This document shows, piece by piece, positions 25,484-38,542 of a DNA stretch of 64,000 nt (the stretch's first letter is position 1; the number at the start of each line of letters is the position of its first letter). The notes beneath the pieces were generated by a model, which did not search any database, was not told the origin of the DNA, and saw only the letters and a list, made by a program, of their open reading frames with translations. The stretch comes from Cetorhinus maximus (taxonomy: Eukaryota), in assembly GCF_964194155.1 (NCBI RefSeq), contig NC_135896.1, positions 96,100,001-96,164,000 of the forward strand, written 5' to 3'. A program made the position numbers and the translations under genes.

Positions 25484-25606
25484 ATGGCATCTAGACATCA
25501 AGATGTCAGGCAAGGTGTATTGTCATTTGGTGTGGAGGATGAATGCTTCGAAAAAAGGCAACTTGCTAAAAGGATGCATCCTGATTGCAATGAGACTATG
25601 AAAAAG
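25484..25606 (+). CDS. KATNBL1: KATNB1-like protein 1, coding exon 1
   Basis: Acceptor TAG at 25469, ATG in strong context (ATTATGG), MASRHQDV...NETMKK, donor GTGAGC, phase 0. Confidence 0.8.
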
Positions 25607-26591
25607 GTGAGCCGAAAATATTTGTAGTTTCATTCTGCAATGTGTATAATTGCCTCATCTCATTAAGTACTATTTTTATTCACTGAAATCACTGTAGTTT
25701 GTATCGGAGACATGTGCCTTTGCGCAAGTGCATTACATAGCATTTCCGTTCCCAGCCTTGTCCAGTGTCCCAAACTAGTCTTCTCAATAGTTATCCTTCT
25801 GTTTTCAATAATGTGATGTTCCCTCATTATTTTATTTTCAGACTTTTGCCTTTTTTTGCTCTGGGCCCTGTCATAGATTCCAGAAAGCAGGGAAACTGCA
25901 CCAGGTCTGGAGCTTCAGGTCTTGTACCAGTCACTTTGCCATTGTTCAAAAGTGACCCTATGGTGATTGACCCTTCCTATCAGAGACTCCTGGTCTCTAG
26001 GAAGTGCACCACATTTTGCCAATCCACAGTATGTATAGATTATAATCTGTTGTAGCATCTCTCTCAAGTCCTTTGCCTTTAGCACTGCCCCATTTCTGTC
26101 AAAAGCCTGAAGTGTGACCCTGAGCTTCTGGTCACCTGTCTGTGTGTGTGTATATATTTATATTGGCCATATAATTATGGTGGTGTAGTCTGCAAGTCTA
26201 ATAGCCACACACCTCCCCACCCTTATTGTGTCAATTACGTGCATTTCTACAATGTTTTAGCAGGTGGCCTAGAAACACTTTTGTGGGGCAGATAGAAATT
26301 GTTAAGCAGCTTCGTAATGCTGCATACAGCAAGTGAAAATATAAAAACTGTTGTAATCAAATCTCCCCTGTACTTTAACTACTACAGAATCCTCATTGCA
26401 AATAAGAAAAATGAAAAACTAACCCTTGATGAAATTCTTTTGGCAGATGTTCTCTTTCTCGTTGACTTTGGACTTGAGATGAGCGAGTTGCCCATTTCAA
26501 GGCCAGACTTGCACTCCTGACCTACTGTTTTTCTCTCTCCTTCTTCCCTGCCACAGGGAAGGCTGCTCGTCTGACATCTTTCCCATCGAGT

Positions 26592-26758
26592 TAAAAGCAA
26601 AAAATTGTGGATGCCCGAAACCCAAAACAAAAATAAAAATACCTGGAAAAACTCAGCGGGTTCTGTTGAAGAGTCATACGGACTCGAAACATTAACTGTG
26701 TTCCTCTCTGCAGATGCTGCCACACCTGCTGAGTTTTTCCAGGTATTTTTATTTTTGC
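26592..26758. mobile_element. Fold-back Penelope-derived insertion with hammerhead motif
   Basis: Minus arm 26592-26660, plus arm 26660-26758. 12-bp TSD TTCCCATCGAGT at 26580-26591 and 26759-26770. Confidence 0.88.
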
Positions 26759-27140
26759 TTCCCATCGAGTGGTTTGCCAATAAGCCTGTCAATAAAACCA
26801 GCCACCTCTCCTTCTCCCCACACCCTGGAGTGCAGCTTCAAAGGAAAGGCTTCTAAATAGACTGAGCTTTGTGACACTCTGCAAACTAGCTAATCTGGTT
26901 TCATATCTAAAGTGCCTGGCCCAAAAACAAATAAACCTTTGTCTAAATGGTTAAAGCCCATGGCTCTTTCAAATCTTTCTGAAATCACTGTTTTATGGCA
27001 TAGCACTTATTTAGGAATGAGTCACATTTGAAAAGTTCAAAAATCAAAGAACATGATAGTTATTTGAATTGAGCAAAACACTTGATGTTTTTGGCTTGAA
27101 GTGATTGTTAGAAGTAGTCATAACAATAATTTTTTTTTGT

Positions 27141-28412
27141 TAAAAGCAAAAAACTGCAGATGCTGGAAATCCAAAATAAAAATACCTGGAAAAACTCAGC
27201 AGGTCTGGTAGCATCTGCGGAGAGGAACACAGTTAACGTTTCGAGTCCGTATGACTCTTCAACAGAACTAAGTAAAAATAGAAAAGAGGTGAAATATAAG
27301 CTGGTTTAAGGGGGGCGGTGGGACAGGTAGAGCTGGATAGAGGGCCAGTGATAGGTGGAGATAGCCAAAAGATGTCATAGACAAAAGGACAAAGAGGCGT
27401 TGAAGGTGATGATATTATCTAAGGAATGTGCTAATTAAGGATAGAAAGCAGGACAAGCAAGGTACAGATAGCCCTAGTGGGGGTGGGGTGAAGGGAAGGG
27501 ATCGAAATAGGCTAAAAGGTAGAGATAAAACAATGGATGGAAATACATTTAAAAATAATGGAAATAGGTGGGAAAAGAAAAATCTATATAAATTATTGGG
27601 AAAAAAAAGTGGGGGGGATCGGAAAGGGGGTGGGGATGGAGGAGAGAGTTCATGATCTAAAATTGTTGAACTCAATATTCAGTCCGGAAGGCTGTAAAGT
27701 GCCTAGTCAGAAGATGAAGTGCTGTTCCTCCAGTTTGCGTTGAGCTTCACTGGAACAATGCAGCAGGCCAAGGACAGACATGTGGGCATGAGAGCAGGGT
27801 GGAGTGTTGAAATGGCAAGCGACAGGGAGGTCTGGGTCATGCTTGCGGACAGACCGAAGGTGTTCTGCAAAGCGGTCACCCAGTCTGCGTTTGGTCTCTC
27901 CAATGTAGAGGAAACCGCATTGGGAGCAACGAATTCCCTAATTGAGGGAAGTGCAAGTGAAATGCTACTTCACTTGAAAGGAGTGTTTGGGCCCTTGGAC
28001 GGTGAGGAGAGGGGAAGTAAAGGGGCAGGTGTTGCACCTTCTGCGGTTGCGTGGGAAGGTGCCGTGGGAGGGGGTTGAGGTGTAGGGGGTGATGGAGGAG
28101 TGGACCAGGGTGTCCCAGAGGGAACGATCCCTGCGGAATGCCGCCGGGGAGGGGGGGGGTGAAGGGAAGATGTGTTTGGTGGTGGCATCCTGCTGGAGTT
28201 GGTGGAAATGGCGGAGGATGATCCTTTGAATGCGGAGGGTGGTGGGGTGATAAGTGAGGGCATGACTTGCTATCATGGTTCTGGGAGGGAGAGGAAGGTG
28301 TGAGGGCAGATGTGCGGGAGATGGGCCGGACACGGTTGAGGGCCCTGTCCTCCACCTTGGGTGGAAAACCTCAGTTAAGGAAGACATGTCAGAGGAACTG
28401 TTTTTGAAAGTG
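27141..28412 (-). mobile_element. 5'-truncated Penelope-like (Neptune-type) retroelement
   Basis: Minus strand encodes RIQRIILRHFHQLQQD..RRDRSL..RRRCNTCPF and GIY-YIG remnants, then the 3'UTR with HHR at 27231-27269. Confidence 0.88.
27231..27269 (-). ncRNA. Minimal type I hammerhead ribozyme-like motif
   Basis: Reverse complement: AGTT-CTGTTGA-A-GAGTC-ATACG-GACTC-GAAAC-GTT-AACT, with palindromic AACGTT as stem III. Confidence 0.65.
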
Positions 28413-29920
28413 TATTTTTTTGTGTCTATCCCTATTTAGATAAAGCATATTTTTACTATTTATCATGCTCAGTAGCAAAGCAAACAATAGAAATAAAAAC
28501 AGAAAATGCTGGAAATACTTAAGTCTACCAGCAGCTGTGGTGAGAAAGAGTTAATGTTTCAGATCAATGACCTTTCATCATGACCATTAGCATGCTTTTT
28601 GTTTTCAAAATAGACATTTTAGCGTATTATGGAATCCTTTATATCTAATTCTGGCAATACTCTATGCTAAACCACCAAGGTACTTTTGAAGTGATGAGTA
28701 TTAGTTTGATTTAGAATCATTGAATAGTTACAGCACGGAAGAGGCCATTTGGCCCATTGTGTATATGCTAGCTCTCTGAGAGCTGAGCAGCTATCCTAAT
28801 TCCCTGCCTTTTCCCTGTAGCACCCCCCTTACATTTTTTTTTTCTCTTCAGCTCATTATCTCAGTCCCTTTCGAAAACCAGGGTTGAACCTGCCCCCACC
28901 ATGCACCCAGTTGCTGACTGGTTCATTCTTGTGTGCAGTATTTTATAAGGATATATTTGTCTAAAACTAATGCATTGAATTATGAGGTCAAGCTACTTAA
29001 ATTTAGTTTGCTAAATTTGCACTGGCAACATAATCTAGCCAATCTCCTATTGATATCTTCAGATTAAATAGCAACACTTGCATTGGGTAGGTTAAAGACT
29101 TACATACATTGAAGTAAAGCATCAACAGATGTGTAGCACATTTGCCCATATATAAATCATCTATACAACTATTTTGAATGTGTTAGCTGCAAATCTCAAG
29201 AGTTCCATTCTTAATTCATAAAAATGCATACTTAGAAGGCACCCAACTGTGCCATTGTTTTATGGATATTCTAGCTGGAGAATCCAGTAGTTAAGCATAA
29301 AGATAAAGTTTGTTTGAAACTTTTTTTTAAAAAAAAAGGAATTAAACCCTTTTAAGTTTGAAAAAAAACTTTTCTAACTTAGTTCAGATAGATTAGTATC
29401 TGTCTGAGGCTATTTGCTGCATTGTTACATTCATTAATTGTAAAATTTCAGACTGGGACCTGTTCTTGGAAGATGCTGTTTTAAAGTATTGCAACCTTTT
29501 TTCAATGGTCAATGTAATTGATCAAGGATTCTCCCATTTTGGAAAAAAATATATTCCTTTCTACAGTTTTTGAGAATTGAACGCATTCTCAATCTGCATT
29601 TTTGCCGTAGGCATTAATGCGCACTGTGTTAGGTAGGGTCAGAAATTGAATGCTAAAAGTAACAGCATCAAATGTATATTTCTTAATTAAATTCTTACGC
29701 TGTCAGTCAGATACGTCCATGATAATGACAACTGCAGGCTTCAGGCTAACTGTAGTCTATGGGAAGTGGTCAGATCCAGGTCTTTGTACATTAGAGAAAT
29801 ACGGCAGGCTTACATAATATTTTTTCCCTACAAGAAGCCCTTTCATGCCAGCCAAAGATTTATCTGAGTAAGCTATTGCTCATAATGTAGAAATTTATAA
29901 TGACTGTGTTTTAATACCAG

Positions 29921-29964
29921 GTTCGAATCTCGGAATGTAAAGAGGAGAATCCTGAAATTAAAAG
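29921..29964 (+). CDS. KATNBL1: KATNBL1 coding exon 2
   Basis: CCAG acceptor and GTGAGA donor. 44 bp (VRISECKEENPEIKR); phases 0/2 join the flanking exons in frame. Confidence 0.7.
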
Positions 29965-30759
29965 GTGAGATCAGTCCCTGATTTAACTTGTTTGTATGGT
30001 AACACTTGTCTAGACTGTTAGGCCTCCTATTGCACTATCCATAATTTTACTTTAAAGGATAAACTTTTAACAAATTGTCCTTGCTCTCTAGGAGTTGGTT
30101 TTTGAATATGTTTAAATTGAGTAGGAAGAGAGTCCGCTGCACCTGATGTAGCACAAGGCCCAATCTGTTTTCCTAGTTGCATCACTTTTTAATAGCACAG
30201 TGAACTGCCAGAGCTGAACAAGTGTGGACAGGTAGCTTGCTGATGTGGAGGGTGGGAGTGAGAAAACTACTGGTTCCTCTGCCGAGGGAATTTGGAATTA
30301 CTAGCATTCCATGCATTCCTGACATGGGGATGCAGTGGAGGAATTGGCAGCAGGCAGAAAGTTTTTCTGGGGCTTAGAGGAGAAATCATGCTCCCTCCTG
30401 ACCTCAAAAATAATTGAAAAAGCTATATTTTTCTTTAATGGAGTGGCAAAGCACCCCCAAACTCCCTGCAGCCCTTTCAGGCCACCTTCATTACGTGAAT
30501 CAAATGCTATATGTGTTTCGCTTAATGGAAAACCAGCATTGCATTGAACCTTGGATCTAAATGGATCTTAGTAAAGTATTTTGGTCAGGGTTCTGAGGTT
30601 CTCAACTCCTTTGGAAGCACTTGCTATTTTAAATTGAAGCCAGAAGCACACGGTGAGACACCCCCTGAAGCAAAGTTTGAAAGTTTTCATTTTCAAACCA
30701 CTACTCCCATACAACCCCGAAAAACTACACCCCGGAAAGCAAGTAGGTAGATGCCATAG

Positions 30760-30841
30760 AGCAAAGTACTCAGCAATTCAGGCAGCATCTGTGAAGAGAA
30801 ATAGAGTTGATGTTTCGTGTCAATGACTTTTCATCAGAACA
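30760..30841 (-). mobile_element. Old Penelope-derived short insert with CTGATGA-core hammerhead remnant
   Basis: Reverse complement GTTCTGATGAAAAGTCATTGACACGAAACATCAACTC. Confidence 0.65.
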
Positions 30842-32626
30842 GTTGTTGTAGGTTGTGTCCTCGTCTCTCATCATGGTTAGTATGTGCCGTATGTGCTCTG
30901 GAATAAACTAGTTTTAAGACCTGCTTCTACCTCAGAGCAGTGACCATTTTCTCTGCTGTGAATTTGGTCATGCATTTGTGCGTGCACAGACAGTGGTACA
31001 AGAGCACTTTTGATGACCTGTATGACGTGTTGAAAAGTTGGGGTGGATACTGAAGTGATGAGCACTCTATATTTTTTTAAACTCACTGGAAAGAGGAATA
31101 TACTTAACAAGTAATTGCTGGCCTTCCTTTAAAGTCATGATGTATACTGTATATACTCATGTAAGCATCAATCTTGTATAAAAGTCGATCCCATGCCTTT
31201 TGGCTGGAAATAACAACTTTTCATATACCTCAAGGATCAAAGCCCAAAAATTTCAGAACCAAAGTATAATCTCTACAATCACATCACACACCTCAATGCA
31301 TTATTCACAGAGAAAAATTACACTTGCCATATTTCCCCCAGTTCCTCGTTGTCAATTGAGGCAGCAAGAGATCAATTTTGAATTTTGGGAGGAGAAACTG
31401 ACAGATGGGAGAGGAGTAATAAACTGAACCCATGAAAACAGAATGCAGGGACCAGCCTCCGGAGCGAGCTTGAAATAAATGAAAGTCAGGGCCTTGTGTC
31501 CTCAACCGTTGAGCTCAGCCCTCCTTGGGGGGGGCGGGGTTGGTGGCGGCTTGGGCCTTGACGTTTGGGTCCTTGCGAGTACGACTCAGTGCAGTCCCCC
31601 CAGCACTAAGGCTTAGATCAAGGGATGGGAGCCATCAGGGTGACATTTTCCAATGGTGCAGCCCTTGTCCTGGCCCCAGCAACCCCCACCCACCCCCAAC
31701 AGCATTGAAACCGTAGGCCCAGTCGACAGCTTCCTCTCCTGGGGGGCGGGGGAGGCGCCTTAATAAAAACGAAGGGGGGTGGGGGGGGGTGAGAGAGAGT
31801 GAGAGAGATGATAAATGGATAGTGTGGAGCCACTTTCTCCATTCATTTCAGTGCCATGTTAGGTGTGCGGGTGGGTATGCTTTAGTTGAAAGTAAACCAT
31901 TCCAAAATGTTACTCGTTTAAAAGCTGACCCCTAACTTTTTACCTAAACAGTTGGTCTTAATAAGAGTATAGATGGTTATTAGCTGCAGTGCACTAGTTT
32001 CTGATGATGTCACAGATGCAGAAAATATTATAACATCTCTTATGAAACCCAATTGTACTGATGCCTTTGCCCTCCTCCACTTCATTAACCCCTAATATAA
32101 AAATTATCAATTGCTTTCATGCAACTCCTGGCCTAGAGATTATGCTGGAGGGGGAAACAAATACGATTTGCTAAACAGTCGAATAACCAGTTCGTGATAC
32201 TGAAGTTGGCCTTACTAAGGCTGTAGAACAGAACTAAGCTAAATGAGCTCAGTCATTAATATTGCATATTTCATTACAATTCAGATCTAGAATTTAATGG
32301 AGGAATTCATTGCTTTGAATTGTCATATATTCCCAAACATTACAAAGAGAATTTTTTATATACCTAAGATGCGTTTCTCATGTCCAAGGTTGTACTTCCA
32401 GCACCACCACCCCCCTTCCAGATGAGATCCCCAAGTTCTGCATTAATTTCATGAGATGGGGCAGTGTTTCTTTTGTTATAATTAACAAAGGGCCACCATG
32501 GGGAACAGCTTTGTACAATTTTTATTTTGTTGTTTGGTGGAAGTGCTGGCCTGTAGTTTGGAAAGGAGTATAATGTGATTTTTCTGGCTGCAAGTGTGTG
32601 TACGACTGTTGGATTTGTCTCTACAG

Positions 32627-32903
32627 ATCATCTACTGGACAAACGGAGAAAACATTGCACAGAACATCCAAAGCGACGTGCTATAAAAAGAAGAGTAGAC
32701 ATCGAGTCCAAAGTAACGTGAGCAACGGAAAGCAGCATCCAAGCTTGCTGGACTGTGAAATGGCAAATAAAGAAAACGAAGTAGTCTGTTCAGGAACTGT
32801 ACCTAAATTAAGCAATGACAATCGCAGCTCACTGTTGAACTCTAGTGATTCTCCTGCTTCACAGACTGGTGCTACTGTAACATATGCAGATTATTTTGCA
32901 CAG
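32627..32903 (+). CDS. KATNBL1: KATNBL1 coding exon 3
   Basis: CEMANKENEVVCSG...LLNSSDSPASQT..YADYFAQ resembles the KATNBL1 CDMANKENE motif. AG/GT boundaries. Confidence 0.92.
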
Positions 32904-33324
32904 GTGGGATGTCAAAAATTCTCCAATGTTGCTACAACATATTTCTGAGAGTTTTTTGATGATGCCCATTGAAAATGTGGTCTGACTGTGAGGAAACCAC
33001 TTTTTTCCCCCAACCTTCAAGTATTTATCCAGTTCCCTTTTGAAAATTATTATTGAATCTACTTCCACCATCTTTTCAGACAATGCATTCCAGCGCCTAA
33101 TCATATTATCCTCATCTAACTCTGGTTATTTTGCCAATTACCTTAAATCTCTGTTTTCTGCTTACGAGCTCTTCTGCTAAAGGAATCTTAATTACTCTAT
33201 AAAACCCTTCATGATTTTGAACATCCTTATTAAACCTCCCTTTAAGCATCTCTCCTCTAAGGAGAACAGCCTGAAGTTCTCCAGTCTCTCCACATTTGCT
33301 TGATCCGAGAGGTCGATTTCAAGA

Positions 33325-33538
33325 TAAAAGCAAAATACCACGGATGCTGGAAATCCGAAATAAAAACAGGAAATGCTGGAAAAACTCAGCAAGTCTGGCA
33401 GCATCTGTGGAGAGAGAAACAGTAAACATTTGGAGTCCGTATGACTCCTCTTCAGAGCTGCATACGGTCTCAAGACATTTTCTCTGTCTCCACAGATGCT
33501 GCCAGACCTGCTGAGTTTTTCCAGCATTTTTTATTTTG
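33325..33538. mobile_element. Fold-back Penelope-derived insertion
   Basis: Minus arm 33325-33460, plus arm ~33470-33537. 14-bp TSD GGTCGATTTCAAGA at 33311-33324 and 33539-33552. Confidence 0.88.
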
Positions 33539-34149
33539 GGTCGATTTCAAGAACTGTCTTGGAGGAGGAGTAAGGGGTAAGGTTTAGAGAGGAAATTTCA
33601 GAATTTGGGCCCTCAGCAGAATGGCTGCCGACGATGAGGCATTAGTAATTTAGGTTGTGAGAAAGACTGGAACTGGAGAAGTGCAGAAATCTGGGAGGGT
33701 TATAAGGCTAGAGGAGGTTAGAGCTGAGGTGGGGTGGTGGCAGGGTGAGCCCATAAGTCTTTTGAACACCAGGATGAGAAGTTTAAATTTGAGACATTGC
33801 TTGTAGATCAGCGAGTATGGATGAACAGAATTTGGTTTGAGTTCGTATACGGGCCGCAAACTGTTGGATGACCTAAAGTTTATAGAATGTCAGAGACTGG
33901 CCAAATTAACAGTTGTAGCAGCAATGGGTTGATATGTAGCAAAGAAAGAAAATATTGTGCATTTTGAAGTAGGTGGTCTTATTGATAGAGAGGAAGTGTG
34001 ATCAGTAGCTCAGCTCAGTCAAATAAGATGCAGAGGTTGCAATCAGTCTAGATCAACCTCAGTCAGTGGCTAGGGAAGAGGAATGCACTAAATGGCTAGG
34101 GACAGTGTAGCGAGGACGGAAGGCAATGACTTGGGTCTTTCTAGTATTT

Positions 34150-34505
34150 AGCACTCCAGGTATCAGTACTAAGGGAGCTCTGCACTCGGCTGGCTGTCTT
34201 TCGGATGAGACATAAAACTGAAGCCCCCCGATCTGTCTCCTCAGGTGGATGTAATGGGTCCCACAGATATTATTTCAAAAAAGAGCAGAGACTTGGCCCT
34301 GGTGCCCTGGACCTAATATTTAACCTTTGATCAACAAAAAAAAAACATGACCTGGTCATTTATTGCACTGTTGTTCCTTGTTGCTTGCTGTGTACAAATT
34401 ACCTGCAGCATTTTCTACATTGCAGCAGTGATTACTTCAAAAAGTGCTTCACTGGCTGTAAAGCACTTTGGGCAAGGCATGAAAGGCACCGTGTAAATGC
34501 AAGAT
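34150..34505 (+). mobile_element. Deu-domain SINE (5'-truncated)
   Basis: GTCTTTCGGATGAGAC..TCAGGTGGATGTAA..GGCTGTAAAGCACTTTGGG. Confidence 0.7.
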
Positions 34506-35782
34506 CATTATTGAAAATTTCTGTTGATCCAGTACTGGAAATCAGACCAGCAGTTGGTGTAGCAATTCAAGGTGGTGAAATGACTGGGAAAGATGGTAGG
34601 TGGTGAGGTAGAACCATGACATCATTGTAAACACAATCTAGCGTATCATTACAACCTGTTTTGATCCACACATGCTTCTGAACAGGAATCTCTGACAGTG
34701 ACCAACCCTCCCCACCCCCGAACCTAATGTTTCTCCAACCGAGAAAGCCAACAATAATACCTCTGATGATGTCGCTGTTGAGATCAACTAACTGCGCATG
34801 AACCAGTGTTCACATTGGTACTTTGTGGTTTCTGAGTTTGTCCCACATCATGTGGTGCGTTTACCAAGGTCAGGAGCATCAAATTCAGGTCTTATAATTC
34901 TGTTTAAATATTAAACGTTTTTTCTGTACAGGGTTGCTGTTCCCTATTCTGCTTTAAGGAAAGTAGTGAATAGCCCTTTGATCTTCTGTTAATCTGTGAA
35001 TTTCCTTTTGATTGTAGTGTGTTTTTCAGGGTCTTTATATGTTCATGTCAATGTCAACTTAATGTCATTTGGCTGTGCTGGTCTCAAAGGTGACAGGAGC
35101 ACCTTAAAATGAATGAAGTGCCACTGCTTCTTCCATAAGCACAGCAACTCAGCCAAAGAGATGGTTTTTATGGACAGCTCGAGGCAGAGGCCAGTTTCTT
35201 TTCTGGCTGAGTTGCTTTTTTTACTTTGTTGTCATTGCACATGACGACACCTAAAAGGTCATATAATTGATTTTAAAAATGGTTGTTTCTGTTCCAGTGT
35301 TGTGAAGCCTATCCTTGATGGATTCTATCCAACGATAATATTGCGGAATCACGCCTCGTAGCATCCCTGTGTTATATGTAGGCAGCTGTTTCCATGAATA
35401 CTTAACCATCAGTTAATCTGTATTAAATGAGTCATGGAGGAAGGAGGAAGTTGCAAAGCTTCAGAACAATGAAGATTTAAATAGAGCACTAACACTGGTA
35501 GCATTAATGGCAAGTGTTAAAAGTATCATTTGCTTGTCCACCTTAGCTAATTTAGCAGAGGTATTAACCCATTTATTGCAAGGTCTCCATTAATATGGTG
35601 ATCATAGAAACACTTTGTGTTTGCCTGCTAATTTTAACATGTATTTCTAGCCTTCAAAGAAATGGAAAGATGACCAGAATAGAAGAGAGAACCTGAGCTG
35701 TGGAAATCATCACAGTAGTTAGTAATGTATAAGTGACTGCATTTTCTATCTAACTCTCTGTTTGATTCTATTCATACCACAG

Positions 35783-35898
35783 ATTTCCAAGGATCATGCT
35801 ACTATGACACAAGTGCTATTTGGTAGAAATCTAAGACTCAATGTTGCCCTGACGTTCTGGCAAAAAAGTGCAAGCGAGCTGGTAGCTTACCTGGTCAG
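35783..35898 (+). CDS. KATNBL1: KATNBL1 coding exon 4
   Basis: [38 protein letters not shown], the start of the katanin p80 C-terminal (con80) domain. Confidence 0.95.
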
Positions 35899-36825
35899 GT
35901 AACAGTCATGCTTTATTGATCTTTAGCTTAATACTAAATCTGTTTCCTGTAAGCCAGTGTTACAAATTCCATAATCAGAGATCATTGCTATTTTGGAATA
36001 CAATATATCGGGGATGACCAAACCAGAGCTTACGAGCTTCATGTGGCTCTTTTCCACATAAAGTGTGGCTCAGTGACCAGGGGGCAGAGCAGGCTCATGA
36101 TGTGCGGTCGTACTGGAGAGGACTATGTTGTGGAAGGGATGAACGGACAATTGGTGGAGCGGCCTTGCGCTCCAATGTAAATGTAGCGATTTGATTGTAG
36201 ACTACGAGCTGTTTCTGACTGCACCTGGCGTCCTTTCCTGTGTGATATTCGTTCATTTGTTAATTAACCATTAGGCAAATGCGTGCAAAACCTTTGTTGC
36301 GACCCAAACTCAATGCGTTTCTTGCTGAAGACTTTGGGCGTTCAGGCAGCAGAAGCAGGGCACCGAGTCTCCTCAACCATGTGCAAGTTTGCAAGTGGTG
36401 GGCTGGTTGTGCTGGAGGTTGATGTTGAAATTAAAGCTGAGCTGGGGAAGGAATGCTGGACTGCAAGAAGACAAGCTACGGGGGCTAGGAGATAAATAAG
36501 TTTGTAAATGCTCTTGCATGCATGTACTTTTTATACTATTTGCACTTACATTTTTGTTAAACAATAGTAATAATGTGCAATAGTAATAAAAATGTGTCCG
36601 TAGAGATCGTCTGTGTCTCGTGCCTCACGAATGTCTGATGATTATCACATGGTGCTCTAAAGTTCAGAAAGTTTGGCCACTCCTGCAATATATGATTAAA
36701 GTGAGCACCATCTGTACTGGAAAGATGAAAATCTTCTATTTTGTTTCTTGCCATGAACAATTGCTTTCAGCAACTTGCCTTAATTCTTGTTTCATATTTG
36801 ACATTGAATCTTTTACCGCCTGTAG

Positions 36826-36876
36826 GATACAGGACATTGCTGTTATTGCAGATTGCCTACCAGTGCTGACAAAGAG
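36826..36876 (+). CDS. KATNBL1: KATNBL1 coding exon 5
   Basis: RIQDIAVIADCLPVLTK; AG/GT, phases 2/2. Confidence 0.95.
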
Positions 36877-36958
36877 GTAATATTGAAAAAAAAATTTTAA
36901 TTTGGAATGTTGCTAGTTTTGTCAAATAGTTTTTAATGATGTTTGTTTTTGCTTGTAG

Positions 36959-37048
36959 TCTGGAGGAAGAAAAACAAAGCATCTCCATAGGTTGTTGTGT
37001 TGACCTCTTACCATTAGTGCAGGAGTTATTGAGAAGCAGGTTTGAAGA
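36959..37048 (+). CDS. KATNBL1: KATNBL1 coding exon 6
   Basis: [30 protein letters not shown], after an 82-bp intron. Confidence 0.95.
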
Positions 37049-37857
37049 GTAAGTATAATTGAAATTACAGAAACCTGCTTTGTGTGTTAGGAACCTAATA
37101 TACCGGACCACCGGGAGTGGTTGAAGTAACAAGTGCATTTAAGGGGAAGCTAGGCAAGCATATGAAGACGGGATTGGAGGGTTATGATAGATTCAGATGA
37201 GGAAAGATGAGAGAAGGCTCGAGTAGAGCATAAACACTGGCCTTGACTAGGTGGGCCAAATGGTCTCTTTCTGTGCCATATATCCAATGTAATCCAATGG
37301 ATATTTTGAGGAAAATGTTTTCCACTATATATAGCTTTGCGATCATTTGAGAAATTTAACTCGTCCTGCTCTACATGCAACAAGACAAGAAGTTTGGTCA
37401 TTTTAGATTGCCTTTTGAGTATTGTATGACGATGTGTTCCATCTTGGGGTGGGCAATGGGAAAACCAGCTTAAATCAGGAGCAGAATTTAAAGTAAAAGT
37501 CTGTAGTCCAGACTGAATAAAAGTTTTAATTAGTCATAGATTCCAAATCACAACTGTAATGGTTTTTTGGAAAGATAAAAGATCTGTTTCCTTCAATTTT
37601 GTTGACTCCTCCATCACCTCCCTTTTAAATGTAAATTGATTTCTTTTGTTGTTGAAGAAACACTGAATCTCTTGCAGTTTTATTCATGGGCTGTGTATGA
37701 AGCTGGGGTAATTTGCACAGTAGTGGCATGATGTCTATATTAAGCTGGGGTGTGCACCAGTTTGGATGTTGGCCACAGTCTCAGCTGAAACTGAGTTCAG
37801 ACTAATGTCTGAAGGATGGGAGAGATGGATTTGACGATGGGCAGGGATTTCATTAAG

Positions 37858-37988
37858 AAAAAGCAAAATACTACAGATGCTGGAGACCTAAAATAAAAGC
37901 AGCGCTGGAAAAACTCAGCAGGTCTGGCAGCACCTGTGGAGAACGTAACAGAGTTAATGTTTTGAGTCCAATATGACTCTTCAGAACT
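37858..37988 (-). mobile_element. Short Penelope-derived insert with degenerate hammerhead
   Basis: Full 3' tail through ..GACTCTTCAGAACT. Confidence 0.8.
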
Positions 37989-38440
37989 GTCGAGATTCCA
38001 TGTTGTTGAGACTGGGTTTCAAGTTTTGTAGGGCTGGCTTTGAGGGTGGTGGTTTAGGTCAGTTGTATTCAGATCATTTGTCCTTTTTTTTTAAAAAAAA
38101 ATCTAAATCTCATGGTCCTTCCCAAAAGGCATGTAGTTTACAACTCTTAAGTTTGTGCCAGGTACATTCTCGTTGGGAAAAGTGAGTAAGATAATGTCCA
38201 AAAAATTGATATAAGGTTTTTTTTTGGTAGCTGCCCCATGTAAACTAAGTGAAACATATTTAACCCAGTTTGTCTGACCTATCATGCCAATTGAAAAGCT
38301 CAGACTCAACACTGCATCTTGTTGCCATCACAGCGCAAATTTTATTTATAGATTTACATTTGTTTGTGGCCTGTTGAGATATGTGACATAGTAAAACATG
38401 TATATAACATTTTCACTTAATATCTATATGTATATTGCAG

Positions 38441-38542
38441 ATATTTGATTGTTGGTTTAAACTGGCTCCGAGCTGTCCTTAAGCAATGGTGGCCGGAGCT
38501 ATCCGCAAATACAAAAAATGATGAAACTCATGTAGAAGATCG
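38441..38542 (+). CDS. KATNBL1: KATNBL1 coding exon 7
   Basis: [25 protein letters not shown]...; AG/GTAAGT. Confidence 0.95.
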
